A stretch of 20,000 nucleotides of DNA, taken from positions 297,883-317,882 of the forward strand of contig JBPGPT010000020.1 in the NCBI GenBank assembly GCA_051047955.1. Reading direction: 5' to 3'. The DNA comes from Cystobasidiomycetes sp. EMM_F5 (taxonomy: Eukaryota). The notes beneath the pieces were generated by a model that was not told the origin of the DNA, searched no databases, and was given only the letters and a program-made list of their open reading frames with translations. The position numbers and the translations under genes were made by a program. Shown here piece after piece: positions 10,123 to 20,000 of the stretch. Position 1 is the stretch's first letter. Each line of letters opens with the position of its first letter.

Positions 10123-13100
10123 TCAGCCCAGCATCTTTCCAATACCAGCCATTGCGCCTTTTCCAGCACCGAGTACAGCAGCTTTGCCACCCTGCATCAT
10201 TGCCATCCGTCTAGCCTGATTGACAAAGTCTGCGCTGGCAGTAGATGCCTTGTCGAGCTGCTCGTTGACGTACGAAAGTCGTTCTCCGCGCTCGTCAAGG
10301 GCGTCGACCAGTTCGTGCCGCTTCTTTGGCATCCCAAAGGCGTTGTATTCTACTTCGACATTCTCAATGTGTGGGTTGCGAGCGCGGTTAGCAGCGGCAG
10401 CTAGCGGCCCGCTGCCACTTGCGGCTGGTGGAGCAGCTGGGGCAGGCCTGTTGCGTGATGGTCTCGCTGGAGGTGCCGATGTTCCTGCTACAACCGTTGC
10501 AGGAGCAGGCGCTATTGTAACAGGTTTGACTCTTGGAGGTGGCCGGCCAGGCCCGCCGACTGCGCAGATACATGCCTGTGTGAGCGCGAGCAGGCACTGT
10601 ACAAGATTGGTAGACTTACGCATGTCGTCAAGATTTGTAGGCGCGACGGCTTTGGCTGCATCGCTACCGAACCAAGATGAAATGTAAGACACTGCTGTAC
10701 TTGCAGCCGCTGCTACGGCGGAGCTCGTAGGTGGAGGCGGTAACAGGATGCTCGAATCGTTGTACTTGCAAACGCTGCGATGTACCGCCTGGTCTGTAAA
10801 GATTGTGCTGATTTCGAAAAGAGATGGCGAAAGCATCTGCATAATCCGACCGTCTGTTGATATTGATGGCTTCGCTCTGACAATCACCCCCTTAGACGAG
10901 AGCAGCGTCAAATAAGGAACGGATAACTGCTTACCTGTCATAATTGATGCGCAGTCTCGCTATCACTTCAGCTTTCGGCAGGCTGAGTATGTGGCAGTAT
11001 CCATCTGTAAGCAGGACTGCTAGTACAGGCATGCCATACTTCTGGACAAGCTGTGCAGCCACCGCCTTGTGCGGCGTAAAGTCCTTTCTGAGGAGACGCT
11101 CGCCGTCAATGTTGGCTTTGATGTTCAGACTTGAGGTCGAGACCGCTACCAGAAGTGTGTTCAGACCACTTGCAGACTGATACGACATTGGAGCACGTTC
11201 ATGTGCTTTGAGTGAGGCTTCCATTGTAGAGCCGTTCAGCGGCAGCGGGTTGCCGAAGGGATCCATCGCAAACATGATCAGCGGTGACTGTAAGCTGGTA
11301 TGCTCGAAGGTCGAAAAGGCTGTATTGACTATCCAGGTTTCGAGCGTGTAAGAGAGAGTGAAGCAACGACTGAGACCAGAGTTGTATCCAGCTATGAGTC
11401 GGGGATGTCTTTCGCTGTCTGTAGTAAGTGAAACTGTCAGTATGTATGTCGAACACGGCCATGTCCATGCAAACGTACTATCACCTTCCGCACATACTGC
11501 CCACGTCAACGTGCTGATGCCGCCATTCTCGGGCCGGTCACTGCCCTCACTGTACAGCAGCTCAGGCCCTCGCAAGTCAACGACGGCCAGTCTTTCGTTC
11601 CATGCAACTGCCAAAACCCCGGCTTCGGACATGGAGCATGCCGTTATCTGCTTATCCCGTATCTTGGGAGCAGTGAGTGCAAAGACCGGCTTGAAGCCAT
11701 CTTTGCTCCAATCTGCTTGTCCTGAGATATCAAAGACGTCGACTTCGAATGTCGGCAGTGTCTGAGAAGCGGACGAAGCAGAACGATCCTTGCTCTTGAC
11801 CGTAGACTTCTTTCTGCCGAAAAGGCCAGGCGACTTTGCCCGACCTCCAATACTGATCGAGGCAGTCAATGCAGCCATCTCGGATTCAAGTCTGCTCGTC
11901 TCGACCCGCGCCAGCGGGGTATTGTAGTGTTCGACTGTTTCCTGGCGTTGTTGCTCAATGACAGCGCTCGCTTTCGCATAGTCGAATCTATGGGTATTGC
12001 GTTAGAGTAGAGCAGCTCGATGACGGGGTCTGTGCGCACCTGTATAGGAATACGTGCCCAGTTGACAACGCAATTGCAATTTCCGAAGTCTCCCATGCGG
12101 GACTAATCTTCTCGATCCAGAGCTTGCCTTCGAGGTATACCATAAGCTGATCGTCGGATAAGGCATCTCGAACCGAGAAGGTATCGAGTAACTCGGGTGT
12201 AGTAGTAGTATAGTCCCAAATACGGACCGACATATCGACGTGCACCGTCAATACAGCGTGGTGCGTGAGTCCTGACCGTGTGTTGGGTATTGCGGAGCGC
12301 AGTACGGTCTTGCCCTCGCCGCCTGTAATGGGCAGCTGTTTCTTCTGTGCATCGCCTTTTAGACGCTTATGAATAAAGGTGGGAAGGGTGACGGCTTCGG
12401 CTAAAAGCACAGCCTGGTTTCCACAAAGGTGCATTTCTGCTGGAAGGGACAATTCTACGGGTCCGGTCAGGGTTGCTGGCGGGAAAGCATAAGCCACGAA
12501 TCCGCGCTCGGTATGGGGTGAAATGCGCGGCAGCTCAGCATCCGCTGATGTAAGGACGACAACAGCGTTCGGATCACTACTCTGGCCGTAGTAGGGATTC
12601 GATGTCACGAATACGAAATCCTCCGGAGAGGTATCGGTCGGCATGACGCTTTTATAAGATGATTGTACGGAAGCACGGTATGCAGCCTTCAGTCCAGCAG
12701 GGTTTGAGCCAGATAGGAGTCCCGGTGCTGAGAATGGTGGCAGGTGAAGCACATATAGGCCCTTTGGCTCGTCTGCACGGAGGCCACCCAGGACTGTGAG
12801 CAGAGAACCACTAGCGGCTGGATCAAGTGCGGCTTGCTGAGCTGTAGAGCCGGAGAAGCGATCGAGTAGAGTTGACGACGAGTCATTGAAGGAAGACCAC
12901 GCAAGCTTGAAGACAGGCTCTCGCAGCTCGTCCATGCTGGAGCCAGGACCTTGGGCATTATCGCCGAACAGACTCGACGAAGTTGCCAGGTTGACATCCT
13001 CCATGGCTACAGTCCGTGCTAGAATTGGCTCTGGAGCAGAAAGATTACTTAGAAGAGCAATGAAGGAGCAAGCGCGAAATTGGCTTACTATCTCCATCCT

Positions 13101-14089
13101 CGATGCTCCAAAACACTATAGACCCGTCGTCATGACCGCTTGCAAACATGCGGCCATCAGGTCTCCACGCTATACACATACAAGCAGGTCGTCTTTCGAG
13201 GAAAGCTCCTTCAGTCTGATCGTTGTGTCCGCCGGGTGCTCCAGGCAGGACGAGGTACTCGTATGTTCGTATCGTAGTCTGCTCTGTCAGATTGTACAGC
13301 ACGATACCGCCTTCGTATGCGACAAGTAGCTGATTAGGGTCTAGAGGATGCGACTTGACGTCTGTACATGGAGGAATCCGCTTGCGGGAAGGTGCTCCAT
13401 GTACGCCCGATCTCCGCAATAGTTCGTCCTGCTCGACCCAGAGGTTCTTTATGCGATAAGGAGATAATCGCAGTCTGTCAATGTCAAACGTGTCCACTGT
13501 TCCGTCTTGACAGCCGAGAAAGAGGTGCGATAAGGCAGGCGTGTATTCGACCGAGCTGGACGAGGATTGCCATCAAATTGCAAGTCTAGTGATCCAGCTT
13601 CGCCTTTTACCGTTTCCACTCACTTTACACTGGACCTCATCGAGTGAGCTACCAATCTTCTTGGCTCGCCGCGCTCGTCGAGGTCGCCGAGGTCATAAAC
13701 GTATAGTGTATCTCGAGCATCTGCCAACAGGACGGGTCAGGACAACAGCGTCCCAGGCAATCAGACCTTGCGGACTCACCGACAATCACGACGAAGCTCG
13801 TTCCAGCCTTGAGCGTCAGACTCTTGATTGCCTGAGACGGTCGCAGAGTCCAGCTGCACTTTGGCACACCGTGCTTGGCGTACACGACGACTCTGCCAGA
13901 TTTCGTAGCGACAGCGAGCAGAGACTGCAGTGCATCAAACGCAATGGCGGCCAGTTCCCCATCGTAGCCCAGGCTGTCGAGCTGCGACAGCTGAAACGCT
14001 GACCCAGCCTGGTTGACCAAGTCCGCTCCGAAAGAGAGCTGCTCGAAAGCGCCAGCCAGACGCTGCTTTCCGCTGACATTCCTGAACAT
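10123..14089 (-). CDS. SRO7: Sro7/Sro77 / lethal giant larvae / tomosyn family WD40 protein, at least 6 introns
   Basis: N-terminal AIAFDALQSLLAVATKSGRVVVY, WD-like repeats (HPLDPNQLLVAYEGG, IAWRPDGRMFASGHDDGSIVFWS, REPVFKLAWS) and a C-terminal R-SNARE-like motif ALDERGERLSYVNEQLDK. Introns include 13721-13779, 13556-13623, 13031-13088 and 11988-12039. Confidence 0.88.
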
Positions 14090-14637
14090 GGCTGACGTCG
14101 AAGGGCACGTTTAGCGTCGGAAGCCTCGAGTGAAGCTTAGACATCAAGGCTTGACGGAGATGGGCTGATATCATCGCTTGATCGGGTTGCATTGCATAGC
14201 AGGCAAGCTGGATCACAACGCTGATGGTCGGACTGTCTGTGACTTTCGCTAACGTGCGCTTATCGAACGGGCTGAGGAGTGAGACTTCCCACTTCATTCC
14301 GGGCAAAAGTTGAGGAATCGGCGAAGCCCCGTACAAAGATTGCTGCGACCCGTTCACCTTCTCTAGACTCTCGCACTAACATCCGCGCCTGGTCCGACTG
14401 ACTTTCACACAGTGCGATGTGCTTCGAGCGGGACTTCATCGCCTTTTTGACCAGATGATGCTGTCGCTCGAACGTGAGGCGGCCTCTGCGAAACATGAAG
14501 GAACTTCTGCGTCTATGTCCAGCTGCCTATCGTCTTTCGCCAATCCGGGTTTGAAGTGCATCACATTCGTTTACACATACATCCACGTCTGCTCGCCCAT
14601 CATTCACCTACGTCTATCAAACCATGCATATACTCTC

Positions 14638-15796
14638 AGCAGTCTTTACTATGGTAGTACTGCTCAAGCAAGCCGGTTGCATATTTGCTGTGCCTACTAC
14701 GTCGGTAAGGATAGTGCGAGACATGTCTAGCCAATGCGACTAATCCTATCCTTCTCCAGCTAGCCAAACGTTCGGTAAATTATGGAGCGCATCTAGTATT
14801 CGTGAATAGTCCCGACGTATCCGACAAGTTTTGGATGTACAAGCCAGGTCTATGCTGGGAAAAGGCCGACATCCGCGATAATGGTACTGGTGAGGTCAAG
14901 TGGATGCACTTTCTTATGGCACGACGGGTCTCACTCTTATGACTATAATTGGGCAGCAGTCAAGGTCGGCCAGAGTGAGTTCACGCGGCGACCGCACTCG
15001 CATATGTGCGGTCAACGAATAGAACTGACAAGATCCGCAGATGTCGGATATCTAAAATGTCGAGTGTCAGACCAGGCAGGGTGGCCGGATCTGATACCCT
15101 GCACCGTAAGCGGATATACTCTGCCGTCATAAACACGCAAACGCTGAATGAGTCATTTGCAATGTAGCGTACTGAAGATGTGGCGGTCGCAGACGGCACT
15201 TGCAGCGGGTCCGACCACCTCCCTCAAACCAACCAGGGAGACTTCCTTAATACTGGGACCGCAATGGCGGCATGCAATTGGAGCGGAGCTTTGTAACCCT
15301 AGCCTGACATACCGCCTACCTTCCATACAACTGATACACCGAGCTAATATCGCGCCAATACCAGCTGCTTCATTGCTGAGATGGATCATTAGTAGCAAAC
15401 GCTGTAAGCCGCTTGTGGCGTCCGGTCGTACGAATGGCTTCATTCGCAATGGCCGCAGTCAAGAATATCTACATGGGCCTTGTCGCCCAACTGATGTTAC
15501 CCGACACTGAATGCTCGGCTTGTGGACGATTCCTGCGATGCTGATGGTTGAAGTAATCCTGTCGCAGTCAGTCTCGGCAAGGATGTTCTAGCTCCAGTGC
15601 ACGGTGCTCTCTACCCGCTACAAGAGAATCGCACTCCGTGCCATGAACAGACAGATTCACCTGGATTTCCGAAATTTTGCTGTTCCCTTGACCATATGGA
15701 TGCGATCCGGGCATCACAACAAAAAGAATGCTACCATACAGGCTGTGCACGAGCGTTATACACACTAGGCGGCTCGGCAGGATGACATTTCATCGT
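14638..15796 (-). ncRNA. Candidate structured RNA (putative omegaRNA / element 3' end) downstream of the Fanzor-like gene
   Basis: No credible ORF. More than ten stems start right after the stop codon, several needing G-U pairs available only on the minus strand. A 13-bp long-range helix pairs 15035-15047 with 14866-14878. Boundaries are uncertain. Confidence 0.55.
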
Positions 15797-18700
15797 TCAT
15801 GGCTGACCAGCTGCTTCGGTGCGCCACGGATGTCTTCTAAATCGCAATATATGCCATCCAATGAATGCAATGTTCATTCCAGCGGCAGCATCACGATGAT
15901 AGACCTTTCTGCACGTCTCACACTGCAGGATCCGCTGACATTGGTCAAGCGTTCCCTTGTAGTATGCTTTGAAGAGACTGTGTGTACCAGTAGTCAGTTC
16001 GTGTTGTGTATCAACTGCAATGGCTATTCTCACCGACTGCGTGCAGGCGTCGTCTCCTCCTCAGGCGCTTCCCTCCGCTTGCCTTTTGCACACCTCTGCC
16101 CAGCCTTGTCGAAGACTACCCCTTCTCGCCATACAGGATGGCGCTCGTTTATGCACTTGGGATTGGGGCAAACCTGGCTGCTGAATGCTTCATCTACCAG
16201 TGCAAAGATGACCGGGAGTCTGTTGTCCATGCACTTTTTGCGGAGAGCGCAGTAGAGCGGATTAGCAAACGCAGCAGTATGACGAATGGAACTGCGAGTG
16301 CTGAAGCCACAACTGTCCCCAACGAGGAACAGGACAGGGCGAGAGAGTGATGCCGGCGTTGGGAAGACCAGATCTTTGAATTGCTGGTAGAAACGATCTT
16401 CGTACGACCGGCGCTTGGCTTTGGATAAATGAGTGTGCATAAGCCAAGAAGTGGAAGATTGAACTAGCTCTTCATGGAATGCATGCATGCGCCATTCGTC
16501 GCTGAAAGGCACACAGTACCGCTGATGCTGACGAAGATGATCCAAACGAATGAAATGATGATTGCGAACGTCTTGCTTATGTACAGTAGCCTGACGAATC
16601 AGCTCTTGCAATCCAGTTGCTTTCATCACCATCGTAATAGACGTGTCGACAGATGTGTCGTGAGCGTGAGGAACACCAGGAGGAGCATCGAGCACCATGT
16701 CGTCTTCAGGAGGAGCTGGCAAGGCAGGAGAATTGATGCCAATGGCATTCGGAGCAATGTCCCCAAGGTCGTCGCCTGCGATTCTCAGCTGAGATAGCCA
16801 AGCCAAGCTGTCGTCGTACGGAGTATTTTCGTCAAACATTGCTGCAAAGATGTTTCGGCGAAAATCGTCGACAGAGTCAGCATTCAAGACTTTGAGCGTT
16901 TTGGGTAGACCTTTCTGAGTGCCCTCTTCCTTAGCCTTGGAAGTGAGTCTGACGAATGGGCGACGACCATGAGGCGACGCAGCAGTGCCGTTGGGCGCGG
17001 GAAAAGCCATTGGTAGACCGTCAAAATGCCAATCTGCCGATCTGCCGGACAGCCATTCCAGCGTACTCATGATCTTGTAGACATTGCGATCGTTAGGCCG
17101 ACGCTCTTTTTGCGGGTGACTGTTCCGAGGATCATGGCGATAAGCATTGCCGAGGACATCGGTCTGGCGAAACTCTGCTTCTGTGCAAAAGGTATTGGGT
17201 TGCTTTAGGATCTCTAGCAGCACACGGTCGGCTCGGCATTGCGTTATGTCCCTAGGCAGTCCTGACTGAACCTTCTCGAGGAGCTTGTCGTCAAGATAGC
17301 CGCGAGTGACATCAATCGATCGAAAGATTACCTCTTCACCGTCGAGCTCGAGTGTGCCCGCCCAGATCTCGCTGCGTGGAAGCTTGTGCAAAAAGATGGC
17401 GTCAAAGATGCGGGTGCGGTGAGCTCGTACTTTTGGTTCGGTGCCGATGGAAACTGCCTTTGTGACATCTTGGATCCACTTCTTTAGCTTGACCGTCCAA
17501 GCAGGCTTCAGACTCAGGTCCATTGTCAGCTCGCCGTCGACGTGAAAGTCCTTCAGGCTGACGCATTGGAAGCAGCTCAACGTCTCCAAGATCGTCGGAT
17601 CGGGTGAGGAGTGTAGATTGATGCATTGACCGCCGTCAGCTTGCGGGTACCGTAGCGAGTCTTCTATCCAGTGTTCCCTCAACCAGCGAGCGAGATTTTC
17701 CATATGCTTGACGCCATTTTTGACAAGCCACCACAGGCTGTCGGTGTCGAGTGGTATTTTTGTAGGCTTGTAGTCCTGTACAGACAGTCAGCGAACGTGA
17801 GTATCCTAGATGACGCACTCACAACGGTAAAGTCGTGCCCGAGCGCTCCGAAAAGTGGTACGGCAAACTTGGCTGGACAGCCCTTGGAAGTGTATCGGCC
17901 GAACAGGATGTCGTCGAGTGTGGGTCGATGTCGAGCAGACGGCACGTCTGGCACGAAGCGGGTCCGTAGTTCGAGTATCTCGACAAGCCGCTGCCGAACC
18001 CTTTGCCTCGTAATCGCCGTGATTGGGGCCAACATTTCATCGATCTCTGCGATATCATCGACTTCCATACCATTTGTTGACGAAAGTATAGCATCTCGCA
18101 ACTGCCCCATAAGTCTGCCGCGAACTTCTCCGACTTCTTCTTGCGTGGGTATGAACGAGGCGTTTTCACCTAGGAGTTCGCCAAAGACTTTGTCCAAAGT
18201 CGCGATGTATGGAGCCCTGCGAGCCTGCCGCAACCATGGAGTTCGTACCTTCTTCAGGCAGTCATAAAAGATAGTCACTGCGACCGGGAAGACAGGGCAC
18301 TTTTGACGAGCGCTGGTCTCATGCATAACCTCCAGCATGACAATGTCGGTCTGGACATCCGAGCTGCGATCTGCGCCTGATCGCACTAGGTCTTCAGGCA
18401 GTACCCTCAACCGGTCGATCAGAGCTGCTTTGGTGGCTTCGACATCTTCTTCTGAACCTCCCGGCTGTTGTAAACGGGCCCACTTCTCGGCATAATCATC
18501 AACTACTTTTGCTAGTTCTTGCTCTTCGTCGGGGACAGTAAGCTGATGACTGCTGTTGAGCATGAGTAAGCCGAGAAATCCACGGTAGACGCCCTCGAGG
18601 CTGGATTTTGTCTCGTAGGCGAACCGCCATGTTGCAAGGTATGCGTTTTCAGGGCGTGTAATGAGTCGTAGCATGTACAGGCGGAAGAGCTCGTTAAAGT

Positions 18701-20000
18701 TGCGCATGACTAAGCGTGTAGAGAAGCAATGCAAGCGCAGAACATCTTGAAATACTTTGTCTTTTTGCTGGATGCCTTGGGCACTGTAAGCTTGCAATGA
18801 GGAGACTAGAGGGAAACGATGTGAGCGGATAGGATAGATGTCGCCGACAAGCTGGAGTTTTTTGCCGCCTGGAGCTTTGTCTGTCTCCTCTGTTTCTTCT
18901 GCAGCGATAGCACGGTCCTCGGCATCGGCCGCCCGTTGAGCGTTCTGCTGCTCTGGATTGGCGTGAGCGTCTGTCCGAGGCTGACGGTCTTTGGGCTTGA
19001 AACCCTTGTTGGCACTTTGCAGGCGAAGGCGATCCCGCCGACGGGTCTTGTTGTCGTCCAATCCGTGACGCCAGGCGGGCTCGTCATCCGGCCGCATTAG
19101 TTCCATGCGCGTCTGTTCCTCCGCAGTGTCGTCATACACCCAGGCAGTGTGGGTTTTGTGTGCCATATGTAGATTGCCCGTCTTACATGGTCTTCTGCTG
19201 TAAGGGATAGATTGCGCCGCAGTAGGACGTGGAACCTCGACGGACAGTCTAAAGGCCGGCTTGAAGCGCAGCTCTATATTGACATGAGGGCTGCCCTTGC
19301 GCTTCTTCTCCACCTTGGTGTCCTTTCTATCGAGAGCGGCCTGCAGCTGTTCAGGCGTGGCTTGAATGTGTCGGCCAGTCCTGAAAACCGCGAGCGCGGC
19401 TTCAAAGTCGTTGGCATGCTGTTCAAGCTGCATAGCCGCCTTGCGATAGGGTGGCTGGGCCTGGTTCCGAAGGCGTTCTATCATGTCATCGACAGTGCCC
19501 TGATTGGTGTAGAATTTTAGTTTGGACATTGTACTGACATAAGAGCTAGAGCACGCTTACCCCACAAGAGACCTCAGTATTGGCAAGCCTGGTCAAACCG
19601 AGCCCTCTCAAGCCTCCGACCATGTAGTCGTGACCAGTTGCAAGAGTAGTCAGCCAGCGAGCTTCGTCCGTCACCCATGGCCAGTATGAGCCTTGCAGGG
19701 GGAGCTGAGCAAGATTTGTTACCGTGTAGGGGCTTTTAGAAGCGAGCCGCTTGGTTGGATTGTACCATCGACAGTACGAGATGGTAAACTGAAGCTCCTC
19801 CGCGTTCATGACAAACGCATAATCGCTATCGTTGGATATAACGACGCGGAAGCGATGACGAAAGATATTGGCGATTGCAGCGTTTACCGTCCCAGAACCC
19901 GCACGGCAGAAATTGTAAATGCTGAGGTCGGCTTCGCTGATTGACCTCACGAGACGGACACGCGGTCCCATGGAAAGGATGCGAAAATTGACATCCCGCC
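15797..20000 (-). CDS. XPG/FEN1-like nuclease fused to TnpB/Fanzor-like RuvC-zinc-finger protein (at least 1345 aa, 5' end beyond the window); exons >20000-19561, 19499-17823, 17775-16034, 15977-15797
   Basis: Introns 19500-19560 (GTAAGC..CAG), 17776-17822 (GTGAGT..GCTGAC..CAG) and 15978-16033 (GTGAGA..ACTGAC..CAG) each join adjacent ORFs in phase. N-terminal motifs: SEAD, VISNDSD, GHDYMVGGLRGLG. C-terminal motifs: RSIDV, LFLVGD, VDEAFSSQVCPNPKC, CETCRKVYHRDAAAGMNIA. Confidence 0.85.

Larger units (their letters stand above)
14638..20000 (-). mobile_element. Possible Fanzor-encoding mobile element (ends not defined)
   Basis: Inferred from the known association of Fanzors with transposons and from a decayed relative at 2010-3874. 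No terminal repeats, target-site duplication or transposase were identified. Confidence 0.35.

Noticed and set aside
14707..14812. GACTA...TAGTC pair with an adjacent stem, resembling group I intron P7/P3 (IStron-like idea)
   Set aside because: There is no room for a P4-P6 domain and the J8/7 spacing does not fit.
15293..15302. TAACCCTAG resembling a telomerase RNA template
   Set aside because: It is an imperfect match to TAACCCTAA and lies on the strand opposite the G-U-supported fold.
14100..15796. Short ORFs, a CRISPR-like array or transposon terminal repeats downstream of the Fanzor-like gene
   Set aside because: The ORFs lack protein-like motifs. No regularly spaced direct repeats were found, and no TIR, TSD or convincing Helitron end was identifiable; the other end of the element is outside the window.

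Overview
This is gene-dense, intron-containing eukaryotic DNA with short GT-AG introns and CTRAC-type branch sites. It looks like a compact basidiomycete fungal genome (inference). From left to right: the 5' part of a BRCA2/Brh2-like gene with four BRC-like repeats (minus); a frameshifted relic ORF region (about 2010-3874, plus); IST1 (plus); two tandem paralogous Cys/His-repeat zinc-finger-like genes (minus); URM1 (plus); an Sro7/Lgl/tomosyn gene (minus); about 1.15 kb of hairpin-dense non-coding DNA; and a long spliced gene on the minus strand running off the right edge. Three canonical introns join four ORF-track fragments of that gene into one frame of at least 1345 aa. It fuses an XPG/FEN1-type 5' nuclease region to a TnpB/Fanzor-type RuvC plus zinc-finger C-terminus. 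The structured region directly downstream folds preferentially on the same strand and is a candidate, unusually large omegaRNA. The 2010-3874 relic shows collinear protein similarity to the middle of this protein, suggesting a multi-copy mobile family. All calls are by-eye motif recognition; no searches or folding programs were run.
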